Shown: piece after piece, positions 15,287 through 23,923 of the stretch
How the letters are laid out: each line of letters starts with the position of its first letter
Position numbering within the stretch: position 1 is the stretch's first letter
From: Gemmatimonadota bacterium
GTDB taxonomy: Bacteria; Gemmatimonadota; Gemmatimonadetes; Gemmatimonadales; GWC2-71-9
NCBI GenBank assembly: GCA_039586365.1
Contig: JBDHKN010000046.1
Coordinates: 1-37,321 of the forward strand
DNA: 37,321 nucleotides
Direction: 5' to 3'
Made by a program: the position numbers and the translations under genes
The notes under the pieces: generated by a model
What the model was told of the DNA's origin: nothing
Databases searched by the model: none
The model's input: the letters and a program-made list of their open reading frames with translations, nothing else

Positions 15287-18066
15287 CAGCTCTCCACCTG
15301 AACGGCCGCGGGCGGACCGGGCACCGGACCGGCGACCAGATAGTTCACCAAGTCGCTCGTGATCGGATCACTGATTCGGGAATCCGCAGTCCGTAGAGCA
15401 TATACACGCGCAGTGACGTTGACGCCCTCGAATGTCTCCGACGATGTCCAGTCGAGGCGGGCCAGACCATCGGCTTTGGCCATTGCTACGGTTGCCATGT
15501 ACGCATACGCGGCCTCGCCGATTTTGCGCATGATGTAGAATGAATCCGCCGCTAGGTCCCCGTCAATCGCGTAGACGTAATGCGCCTTGATGCGTAGCGT
15601 GTAGCCGGGGGCAACGTCCGCCTCGATCCACTCGGGTGCCGAAGGTGCCACGTCAATCTCATCGCCTAACGCATCCAATTCGATTTGCGTCGCGCTGATG
15701 TTTTCGCTGAGTTCACCATATTGATTGCGCTTGCGAACCACGAGGTGATGAACACCCTGACCGCTGATCGGGGCATCGAGCGGTAGCGTCGGGCCGGTTA
15801 CGAGCGGCGTACTGAAGTCCGCGCCACCAATCCCGTGATAGACCTCGTATCGATCCGCCGCCAGTTCGGCCACGCGATGCCTGCCGACTGCCCGCGCTTC
15901 GTACCGCTCAAGAATCCGGCTTTCACCAAGAGTGCGGCCCTCGTATCGATTACGAATCGTCGACTCGCCCACCGCTCTCGCCTCATGCCGCGTCGTCAGA
16001 ATGCGACACTCGCCCACTGCCCGTGCTTCATGGCTCACGCGCACAACGTGCGTACCGACCGCCCGCGCTTCATGTCGGTGAACAACCATATCGTGGACAC
16101 CGACTGCGCGCCCCTCATGCCGGTGCTGCACGCCATGCTCACCTACTGCCCGCGACTCATGGCGGTTATAGACGCTGTGAGCGCCAACGGCCCGGCCTTC
16201 ATGCCGCCGAATGCCAAGGCCATGCTGGCCCACCGCGCGGCCTTCATGCCGCGTGCGTATGGTGTGAGTGCCGATCGCCCGGGTCTCCATGCGGCGCGTG
16301 TACGGCCCAGTCGGGACGGTAAAGTCACTCGACCATGCCGCCTCGGCCTGGATTCGGAACTCGTCGAAGTAGGCGTCGGCCGTCCGAAGCGCGCCGCCTT
16401 CAAACGACCTTCCGATGTACGTCTTCCACTCGCTGCAATCGATATCCAGCGGCGCCTCGTTTACGTCAACGGCGCTGACCTGAATCTCCTGAAGCCCGTC
16501 CACATAGAGCGTCAGCAGCGTGCTCGAGCGCACGATTGCAAAGTGATGATACGCGCCGACGAGACTAGGGATTAGAGCCGATGCAGCCGACACCAGATCC
16601 TCTCCAGCACGCCGATAATGAAGTCGGAAACTAATCGCGTCACCTTGGATGTTGGCGCGTTCCAATGTGAAAGCGTTATCAACATCTGGCTTGCCAGCGC
16701 TATCTGCAATTAGCCCAAGCAAATGCGGGCGCTGCGCATCACAGAGCCGTGCCCACCAGTCGACCGTAAAATCCTCTGTCCCGAAATCGAAGTCGTCCGT
16801 TGGGTTGATTCTCACCGACGACCCGCTTCCATGCATCCCGACCGCGCCGAAGTTCCACTTAGGAACACGCTCGATCTGGGTGTCTTCAGCGGCTAGGATT
16901 GTTTTCGCCGTACCGCCTACGGCCCGATCAACGAACGTCGTAGCTCCCAAGTCCTCGTCGAAGTGTAATAACAATAGGGTATTCGCGTTGTTTTCGCCAG
17001 CGATATCAGACGGGGGAAGCACACCCAGCGTGCCTGTTGTGCCAAGCGTCACCGCTGCCGTACCGGTCAGTTGTGCGATCGCCGTGAGCGTTCCGGACGC
17101 GCCTAACGCCAATAACGAAACGCCGGCAATTTCGCCCGCCGCTTCCAGGGTGCCCGACGTTCCCAGCGATAACACCGACGTACCGGTCACCTTGCTGATC
17201 GGCTTCAGTGCTCCGGATGTACTCAGGGTTAGTACCGACGTGCCTGTCACTTTCGCAATTGGGCTGAGCGCTCCGGACGTACTCAGACTCAGCGCCGACG
17301 TGCCGGCCATTTCGCCTATAGTAGCCAGCACGCCGGATGTCATCAGCGCCAGGGCGGACGTACCGCTAAGCGCGCCGGTCGCCTCCAATACCCCGGATGT
17401 ATCTAAGGCCAGCGGCGATGTACCAGTTAGCTGTGCGGTCGACGTCAGTGTTCCGAACGTACCGAGTGCCAGCGCCGACGTGCCCGTCAGTACCAGGGTG
17501 CCGGTAAGCATCCCGGATGCGCCCAATGCTAAGCTCGATGTGCCCGTAAACTCTTCCCCGCTCGCTAGGACGCCGGACGTCGCCAGCGTCAAGGCCGATG
17601 CGCCGCTTAGTTCGGCAGTCGCTTCCAGCGCGCCGGATGTACTCAGGGACACCGCTGACGTGCCCGTCAGCTTGCCGATCATTTTCAGCGCGCCGGACGT
17701 ACTTAGCGTCAATACCGGCGTGCCCGTCAGTTTCGCAATCGCGGCCAGTGTCCCAGCAGTGCTCAGCGTCAATGCTGACGTACCGGTAGTTTCTTCGGTA
17801 GTCGCCAGCACACCCGACGCTGTTAGTACCAAGGCCGACGCGCCGCCGACTTTTGCGGTTGCTTCAAGGGCGCCCGACGTGCCTAATGTCAACGATGACG
17901 TACTGGTCAACAGCGCGCTCGCCGTGAGCGCACCGGACGTACTAAGGGTCACAACCGACGTACCGGTTACTTTCGCGGTGCCGGTAAGCGCCCCGGATGT
18001 GCTGAGCGCGAGCACCGACGTACCAGCGATCTCGCCGCTCGCCTGTATCCAGAAAAACGAGACCAT
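15283..18066 (-). CDS. Tail fibre/appendage protein: Ser/Thr 20-aa repeats, LamG domain, His repeats, Fn3-like C-terminus
   Basis: 17 x 20-aa repeats; TLLLLHFD..FDFGTEDFTVDWW..YHHFAIVR..LYVDG..YFDEFRI..FTVPTGPY; 10 x RHEGRAVG. Confidence 0.85.
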   Translation of the reverse strand: MVSFFWIQASGEIAGTSVLALSTSGALTGTAKVTGTSVVTLSTSGALTASALLTSTSSLTLGTSGALEATAKVGGASALVLTASGVLATTEETTGTSALTLSTAGTLAAIAKLTGTPVLTLSTSGALKMIGKLTGTSAVSLSTSGALEATAELSGASALTLATSGVLASGEEFTGTSSLALGASGMLTGTLVLTGTSALALGTFGTLTSTAQLTGTSPLALDTSGVLEATGALSGTSALALMTSGVLATIGEMAGTSALSLSTSGALSPIAKVTGTSVLTLSTSGALKPISKVTGTSVLSLGTSGTLEAAGEIAGVSLLALGASGTLTAIAQLTGTAAVTLGTTGTLGVLPPSDIAGENNANTLLLLHFDEDLGATTFVDRAVGGTAKTILAAEDTQIERVPKWNFGAVGMHGSGSSVRINPTDDFDFGTEDFTVDWWARLCDAQRPHLLGLIADSAGKPDVDNAFTLERANIQGDAISFRLHYRRAGEDLVSAASALIPSLVGAYHHFAIVRSSTLLTLYVDGLQEIQVSAVDVNEAPLDIDCSEWKTYIGRSFEGGALRTADAYFDEFRIQAEAAWSSDFTVPTGPYTRRMETRAIGTHTIRTRHEGRAVGQHGLGIRRHEGRAVGAHSVYNRHESRAVGEHGVQHRHEGRAVGVHDMVVHRHEARAVGTHVVRVSHEARAVGECRILTTRHEARAVGESTIRNRYEGRTLGESRILERYEARAVGRHRVAELAADRYEVYHGIGGADFSTPLVTGPTLPLDAPISGQGVHHLVVRKRNQYGELSENISATQIELDALGDEIDVAPSAPEWIEADVAPGYTLRIKAHYVYAIDGDLAADSFYIMRKIGEAAYAYMATVAMAKADGLARLDWTSSETFEGVNVTARVYALRTADSRISDPITSDLVNYLVAGPVPGPPAAVQVESW
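15865..16293 (-). repeat. 10 tandem 42-45 bp coding repeats (R[HY]E[GA]RAVGxH)
   Basis: Direct translation, units of 14-15 aa. Confidence 0.9.
17023..18042 (-). repeat. 17 tandem 60-bp coding repeats with 240-bp higher-order period
   Basis: Consensus xxxxxxGTSxLxLxTSGxLx with no indels. Confidence 0.92.
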
Positions 18067-18090
18067 CGGCTGTACCCCAAGCGCTGCGGC

Positions 18091-18501
18091 TTAGGCCATC
18101 GTGACCTGGAGCCCGCCCGGAGTTCCGCCTGCGAATTTCGGTGTCACGCCGGTCACCACGTTCATCGCTGTATCAAGCGTCCCATAGGCCAGCATGTTGC
18201 CGGCACTGGCGGCGTCCACAATTGCAAAATGCGTGCAGTTGCTTGACCCGCCGGTGCATTCGCCAAACGTGATGTCGTTCGCGTTGCTGATCGCGCCGGC
18301 CGCAGCCGCATTCCAGTCAGCACCCGCCGTTGATACACGAGCGTAGCCGGTGTAGTTGGCTTCGGTGATCGTCGACCCGGTATCCGCGTCCGAGGGCGCG
18401 GACGTGAGCAGCGCCACGTATGCCGTTGGCATTGTGAACGACGTCTTACCCACGATGTGGTCGAGGATCTTTAGTTCCAGATAGTCCGATGCTTGACTCA
18501 T
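18091..18501 (-). CDS. Small tail fibre-associated virion protein
   Basis: SDYLELKILDH..YVALLTSAP..EANYTGYAR..NANDITF..THFAIVDAASAGNML, a common phage virion family. Confidence 0.8.
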   Translation of the reverse strand: MSQASDYLELKILDHIVGKTSFTMPTAYVALLTSAPSDADTGSTITEANYTGYARVSTAGADWNAAAAGAISNANDITFGECTGGSSNCTHFAIVDAASAGNMLAYGTLDTAMNVVTGVTPKFAGGTPGGLQVTMA

Positions 18502-18513
18502 AGCCCACTCTCC

Positions 18514-19146
18514 TTACTGGAGGCCGAGAATTACAAACTTATCGCCGTTCCCCGGCGCCTCTGTGAATGCCAACACCTCGACATTCTTACTCGATCCCGT
18601 GTAATTCGTGATCTTGCGGTACTGCCCCTTCAATACCCCGTCGATGAATGCGAGAATCTCGTTGTTGTAGTGGTCGTCCGAGGCTTCGGTTAGATCGGTA
18701 TCAAAGTCAGTAGTCGTCGCGCTCCCATCGTTGACGGCGCCGAACGTGCAGACCCCCGTATACATCGAGACCAGGTTGTCCGCGGTCGGCTTGGAACTAC
18801 CTACCTTGACCGCATCCGCCGGGAACTCCTCGTGCTGGGCGCTGGCGTGCCCATAGGTCTCGACAAGCAAGACCTTGTCGAGCCAGACCTTGGGGTCGGT
18901 CTGATCCACGACGTATACGACGATTCGCGCCGCCTCCATCTCAGTGGCGCTCAGTGCCAGCGAGTAGCCCTGCCCCTCATCTACGAAGGCGTTCGCGGTA
19001 TTCGCCTCCGCGCCCTCGTCCTTCATTATTTTAGTGTCGCCGGCCGCGTGCGCCGCGTCCACTTTCAGGTCCACGCCATCCAATTCATAGAGAGCAAAGT
19101 CGATCGTCGCTGCAACTCCATATTCTCGCAGATACACTGGGTTCAT
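18514..19146 (-). CDS. Virion structural protein (hypothetical)
   Basis: Acidic beta-rich; TDLTEASDDHYN..F..G..GQYRKITNY..FTEAPGNGDKFVI. Confidence 0.75.
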   Translation of the reverse strand: MNPVYLREYGVAATIDFALYELDGVDLKVDAAHAAGDTKIMKDEGAEANTANAFVDEGQGYSLALSATEMEAARIVVYVVDQTDPKVWLDKVLLVETYGHASAQHEEFPADAVKVGSSKPTADNLVSMYTGVCTFGAVNDGSATTTDFDTDLTEASDDHYNNEILAFIDGVLKGQYRKITNYTGSSKNVEVLAFTEAPGNGDKFVILGLQ

Positions 19147-21485
19147 CAGTAACCTTCCATCCGCCGACGTAGGGGTGCAAATTTCTGTTCATAGGCCCCA
19201 ACCGCTGTGGGGTCGAGGCGCACACGTTGGTCGAGATCCCGCGGCACAAGCGGCGGACTGATTCGCCGGCCCAGTGCCCCCCCCGGGTATCCGTTCGGTG
19301 ACCAGTCCGGATCTGCCGTCGTATAGTTCGACCCCGGCGTGTCATTAAACGAGGTTCCATCCGGCGGCCAGAAATAGTTGTTGTGCTGCCAGTCCGTGAA
19401 CAGCCCGTTCGCACCGCCGTATGCGAAGTCTCCGACCGGTGCGTCGCGATAGTCATCTGATGCGATGTTCACCGCCGCAAAGTTGCACCCCACAACGGTC
19501 GTGGCCAGCCATGCGCAATCCCGCCAGTATGGAGGTTCGCCGGCCTGATGGCGCGCGCCGAACGTAGTTGTTACTTTCCCTTCCAGCCCCTCGCCTGTTG
19601 CTTCCCATCGTTGCGTCACATTCCATAGAATCAGGTGGCAAGCATCCCCTTGAAGCTGTGCGAGACAGTTCGAGCTGGTGCCCACCGGATTGTCAGGATG
19701 CTGAAAGTACACATTCACCATTGCCACGTTGGCAATGACGCCCTGACCATGCGTCGTCCGCCGGAGTAAGAACGGATGGGCCAGCGCATTAGTGAACGCG
19801 CAATTCATCATCACCGCGTTCTCGAAGGCATGTGTCGGTGTCACTCCTTGGATCTGGAAGCAGTCGGTATGATAGGTATAGGCCCCCGCATTTATCGTGT
19901 CACAGGAGCAGTTGACAACGCACCGAATCCCGTTCACGCAGAAGTCCTCCGCGATGTCTTCGGCGGTGCAATCCCTTACCAGCATTAGGCGCCCGTCATC
20001 GTGATTGCGGCCACGGTGTGCGATTCGCACGTTCTGTGAGTGCGTGTTCACATAGAAGGATTCCGTCGCGATGCCGTTGACGGCTTGCGCCCCACCAATC
20101 GGATGCACCAGCCCGGGATACGTGTAGCCTTCGTGGACGCAATCCTCGATCAACCACTTGTTGTCCGTCAGCACGTCGCTATATAGACACGCGGTGCGTG
20201 GCGTCGTCGTGTCGCCAATCGTAATATCGTAGAACCGAATCAGCTTCGCCTTGGTCATCGGCGTCGTGGCCTGAAGATTGATCCAGGTATTGGTCTTGTC
20301 GCCGCCCCATGAGGTAATCGTTGCCCATTCCTGGCTGTTCACCCGTTCCGTCGCGTCTGCCTGCTCGAATTTGTTGTCTTCGTTCGGCTTGATGCAGATC
20401 ATAAGCCCATTCGCGTCACCCTTGTCGATCGCCGCCTGTTTGAAGGCAGCTCCAAGCGTAGCGAACGCCGCGGGGCTTCCCTGGGCAGTCGCGTAGGTGA
20501 CGCCCGTACCATCATCACCACTGACAGAACTGACATAGGCCCACCGCCGGGCAAGGGTCCCCGTATCCACTACCCACTGAAGACCAGGCAAACCTATTTC
20601 ACCGTTCGGCCCGGTACAGTTCTCATCGCGCACACCACCGTCAAGGCTCGTCACCTTGGCGTACATCGTGAACTTGCCTTCGGCAGCCGCGTTGAATAGC
20701 GACTCATCCACCGTCACTTCGTATAGCCCGTTGGCACTCCGGCTAGTGACCGCCGTAAAGTTATGGGGATCGTCGCCGTCATAGGTCCCGCCTGTCTCCT
20801 CGCACTCCAGGCGGAACTCTACCTTTTCAATGCGATCGCCTAGCGTACCCTCTTTCGCGCAGAAGGCGGCAACGCCGAACGTATACGTCGCATCCTCTTC
20901 TAGTCGCTGGTGGGGTGGCGATGCCCATCGCGCGATGGGAAGTAACGGTGTCATAATCGCTGCAAGCGGATGCCCGACACATTCGAGCGTATTCTGTTGA
21001 TTCCACGTAGTCGCCTCGTCGGGATGGGTCAGACGCGAACTATACGAACCCGCCGTCTGGTTGAACTGAATAGTAATTACTGCAACGCCCGCACTACGGT
21101 AGATGAAGGCGACGATGTAATCCCCGTCGTCCATGACCACGTCGCCGACGGAATCCTGAAGGTTGTATTCGAGGATACTTGTCGTCAAGACTGGTGTTTC
21201 TTTCGACCATAGCGTCTCTTGGAGCGCGCCCGCGGAGTTATACCGCCGCAGGTCCACTGTAGCTTTGGTCCCCGTACCGAAACCCCGTTTAAGATATACC
21301 GTGACCGTCCACGTCCCCGCTACGATGACCGTTGCCGGGGAACGCTGATAATTCCACGAATGGCCCGTTCCCCCGAACGTATCCGAATCATTCTCCGCGT
21401 CGGCGGACGACTTCATCAGGTACTTCGTAGCACCATCGTTGATGCTGGCCCCCGCGTCATCTGTAAAGTAGTGCGTTTCGGCCAT
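19146..21485 (-). CDS. Tailspike-like protein with putative parallel beta-helix (pectin-lyase fold)
   Basis: YVSSVSGDDGTG..AFATLGAA cap motif followed by Asn/Cys-ladder strands (LIEDC, LVRDC, VVNC, HTDCFQ). Confidence 0.7.
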   Translation of the reverse strand: MAETHYFTDDAGASINDGATKYLMKSSADAENDSDTFGGTGHSWNYQRSPATVIVAGTWTVTVYLKRGFGTGTKATVDLRRYNSAGALQETLWSKETPVLTTSILEYNLQDSVGDVVMDDGDYIVAFIYRSAGVAVITIQFNQTAGSYSSRLTHPDEATTWNQQNTLECVGHPLAAIMTPLLPIARWASPPHQRLEEDATYTFGVAAFCAKEGTLGDRIEKVEFRLECEETGGTYDGDDPHNFTAVTSRSANGLYEVTVDESLFNAAAEGKFTMYAKVTSLDGGVRDENCTGPNGEIGLPGLQWVVDTGTLARRWAYVSSVSGDDGTGVTYATAQGSPAAFATLGAAFKQAAIDKGDANGLMICIKPNEDNKFEQADATERVNSQEWATITSWGGDKTNTWINLQATTPMTKAKLIRFYDITIGDTTTPRTACLYSDVLTDNKWLIEDCVHEGYTYPGLVHPIGGAQAVNGIATESFYVNTHSQNVRIAHRGRNHDDGRLMLVRDCTAEDIAEDFCVNGIRCVVNCSCDTINAGAYTYHTDCFQIQGVTPTHAFENAVMMNCAFTNALAHPFLLRRTTHGQGVIANVAMVNVYFQHPDNPVGTSSNCLAQLQGDACHLILWNVTQRWEATGEGLEGKVTTTFGARHQAGEPPYWRDCAWLATTVVGCNFAAVNIASDDYRDAPVGDFAYGGANGLFTDWQHNNYFWPPDGTSFNDTPGSNYTTADPDWSPNGYPGGALGRRISPPLVPRDLDQRVRLDPTAVGAYEQKFAPLRRRMEGY

Positions 21486-21487
21486 CG

Positions 21488-21949
21488 CTAGGTCGCCGGA
21501 AGATCCTTCAGTACGTGCATTGGATTAACAAACTTCCACACGATGGTCTCGCCGCCGGGGTTCTGTGACGACGCCAGCGGGAACCACCAGACCGGAACAT
21601 TCTGCGTATCCGTGTCAGTGCCGTCGGGATCGTAATACACGAGCAAACCGGATACCGCCCGGGTCCCGTTGCTAAGCGCACCCAACGACAGCAGGTGACC
21701 GGCCTGCGTGATCTTTACTTTGTGATTCGTCGTGTCGACGGCCACGCTCATCGTCATGTCTTTGCGCGCGTAGCCACTGCCGTCCATCTCGTCGAGTGAA
21801 CAATCATCCAAATCCGTCTGGCTCCGGTCCGTATCGAAGTCGAAGTTCGTCATCGTCAGCAAAGCGCGGAACCGATCCCCGGGCGTAACCGCTTCCAAGT
21901 CTTTAGTGGCGATGATCTCAAAGCCGTAATCGAACGTCACTTCGGCCAT
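21488..21949 (-). CDS. Small virion protein, paralogous to 18091..18501
   Basis: FRALL..EMDGSGYARK motif. Confidence 0.7.
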   Translation of the reverse strand: MAEVTFDYGFEIIATKDLEAVTPGDRFRALLTMTNFDFDTDRSQTDLDDCSLDEMDGSGYARKDMTMSVAVDTTNHKVKITQAGHLLSLGALSNGTRAVSGLLVYYDPDGTDTDTQNVPVWWFPLASSQNPGGETIVWKFVNPMHVLKDLPAT

Positions 21950-21953
21950 TTAC

Positions 21954-22997
21954 CTACGCCGCATCAAAAGCAAATGCTAAATCGTGCACCATGCCGCTTT
22001 GCCCGACTGCGCCGACAGGCGTCTCTCGATGTATCCACACGCCATAGATGTAACCCGCCGATAGGTCGCCAATGTCCACCGCGTCACCGTCGAGGATAGG
22101 GGACGTGAAGGTGATGCCGCTCGGTGCCGTATCCTCATCAGCGCCCGTATTGTCAACGAAACTCCCCGATGGCTGACTTGTCGGCGCATCCTTGCCAATG
22201 CCAATGCCGGGTATTGCATCGACTGTATCGGTGGCAGCGCCCGCAGCGGCGGTCGTTCCAAGCAATTCACGGCCAGCAGCAGGGACCGTCAGGACCGTCG
22301 TCGTGCGCGCTGAGTAATACACAATCTCGCGCTCTGATCCGCCTGTTGTGTAAATAGCGCAATAGCCGGTGTCAGGCCAGTCGGCAAACGTCCCGCTCGT
22401 CGTGATCGTCCCGGCGCCACTTGCTGGTAATTGCCCGGCGTCGCTCGTCTGTTGCGTACCGAACGTCTTCAGCTTGACCTTAACGTCTTTGACCGTCGCG
22501 CTCGCATCGTTTTTGATCGCAATGCACCGGTATTCGTCATCACCCGCAGTCGCCTCCGCCGAAGATATGTCGTCTAATGCCGTTACGTTGTTTTGTGATC
22601 GCGTCAATACCAGGGTAGCCGTGCCCGTAAGCGCCGTAGCTGATGTGCGCGTCACACGGACGTATTTCTCTGTTGCACCGCTCCCACCTTCGACGATCTT
22701 AGTCTCGCCGTTGGCAATCGTGACCGTCGGCCCTTGGCTACCGCCCGGCGGAGTGTACCGCAGATCATTGTCACCCGTCGCCGTGAGTGTTCCGCTGCCT
22801 TCGCCATTGGCGCCGCCCACATAGTCGACTGTGATGTTACTGATCGGGTTCTGAACCGAGCACGCGAGCATCGTGACCTCCGTTCCAGACCGGAAGTTCC
22901 CGAGACTCGCATCCGGATCAGTCTGTGCATTCCCATCGGCCGCGGCACCCGTGTTGTAGAAACGGATGCTGTCACATCCGGTTTTTTCGTCTGGCAT
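21954..22997 (-). CDS. Virion structural protein (hypothetical)
   Basis: QTDPDASLG..DDISSAEATAGDDEYRCIAIKN..IGDLSAG..VWIHR; Gly/Thr-rich. Confidence 0.75.
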   Translation of the reverse strand: MPDEKTGCDSIRFYNTGAAADGNAQTDPDASLGNFRSGTEVTMLACSVQNPISNITVDYVGGANGEGSGTLTATGDNDLRYTPPGGSQGPTVTIANGETKIVEGGSGATEKYVRVTRTSATALTGTATLVLTRSQNNVTALDDISSAEATAGDDEYRCIAIKNDASATVKDVKVKLKTFGTQQTSDAGQLPASGAGTITTSGTFADWPDTGYCAIYTTGGSEREIVYYSARTTTVLTVPAAGRELLGTTAAAGAATDTVDAIPGIGIGKDAPTSQPSGSFVDNTGADEDTAPSGITFTSPILDGDAVDIGDLSAGYIYGVWIHRETPVGAVGQSGMVHDLAFAFDAA

Positions 22998-23008
22998 CCG
23001 TCTATCTC

Positions 23009-23530
23009 CTATGCCGCGGCGACAACAACGTCACCGGTTCCGGCGTCATACACCATCTGCACGTGAGGCGGATCGGGCATCCGCACAAGCGTATAAGTCA
23101 CGGTCGCCGGTGTGCCGGCCCCAGCCTTGTTCACGGCCGTCACTCTAAACTGATGCGTGGCATCATCGCCGAGCGCAGCAATATAAGCGTGCCAGCGCTG
23201 CTTGCCGGTTTCCTGCACAGTGCCCACAAGCACCCATTCCCCACCCGTGTACTGCTCCACGATATAATGGATAGCGCCCGCCGTTGCAGCCCAGCCTAGC
23301 TTCGCATTGGGTCGTCCGAACGCTCGGGCGACGACACCCGCATTATCCAACACCTCAATGGCATGCGCCTCATTCTCCGGTATGGTAAACACGGCAGAAC
23401 ACGTGCGCGTTTGCATGATGAGCGTGCCGTTGCGATAGACCCGGTATAATGGGCTCTCGGCATCCGACGACCAGCGCAACTCCCATGCGTTGGCGCCCAC
23501 TTGTACAGGCTCGCCAAGGCTGACCGTCAC
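23009..23530 (-). CDS. Fibronectin-III/Ig-like virion protein
   Basis: LRWS..YRVYRNG; LGWAA..YIVEQ..HQFRVTAVN. Confidence 0.7.
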   Translation of the reverse strand: MTVSLGEPVQVGANAWELRWSSDAESPLYRVYRNGTLIMQTRTCSAVFTIPENEAHAIEVLDNAGVVARAFGRPNAKLGWAATAGAIHYIVEQYTGGEWVLVGTVQETGKQRWHAYIAALGDDATHQFRVTAVNKAGAGTPATVTYTLVRMPDPPHVQMVYDAGTGDVVVAAA

Positions 23531-23920
23531 TTACACAACTCCCGTATCAACGCAATCCACATCGAACATTCCCATGACTGTTCCGCTTGCACCTTCCAGT
23601 CCGCCAACAGCCCCGCTCATCGGCTGCGACTCACGCGGACTAACGTTCAGGATGGCAATTCCCGTCAAGCTAGTGCCGAAGTTATTAACAATCGTTTGCG
23701 TCGTCCCCTGATAGTCGAGAAGCGTCCCGTATGCAGTCTGTAACGCCGCGTCGTCCACGTAGTCGCGGATCGCAGTTATGCGGAACGCTTGTCCGCGCGT
23801 CCCAAGTTTCTGTAGCGCCACACCGCTCACGTTCGGTCGTGTCACCCGGCGCACGACTTCCCCGGGCTTGCGCTTGGCCCGATCGACCCGCAGAAAACTG
23901 AGTGCGCCTATCGAGGGCAT
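23531..23920 (-). CDS. Distal tail protein-like
   Basis: Immediately follows tape measure. Confidence 0.6.
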   Translation of the reverse strand: MPSIGALSFLRVDRAKRKPGEVVRRVTRPNVSGVALQKLGTRGQAFRITAIRDYVDDAALQTAYGTLLDYQGTTQTIVNNFGTSLTGIAILNVSPRESQPMSGAVGGLEGASGTVMGMFDVDCVDTGVV

Positions 23921-23923
23921 TCA

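Noticed and set aside
17023..18042. CRISPR-like array
   Set aside because: Degenerate in-frame coding repeats with no constant repeat/unique spacer structure and no cas genes
16649..18094. 481-aa plus-strand repeat ORF
   Set aside because: Antisense mirror of the 60-bp repeats in the minus-strand fibre gene
12078..21485. Diversity-generating retroelement or invertible tail cassette
   Set aside because: No reverse transcriptase, TR/VR pair, invertase or inverted gene seen
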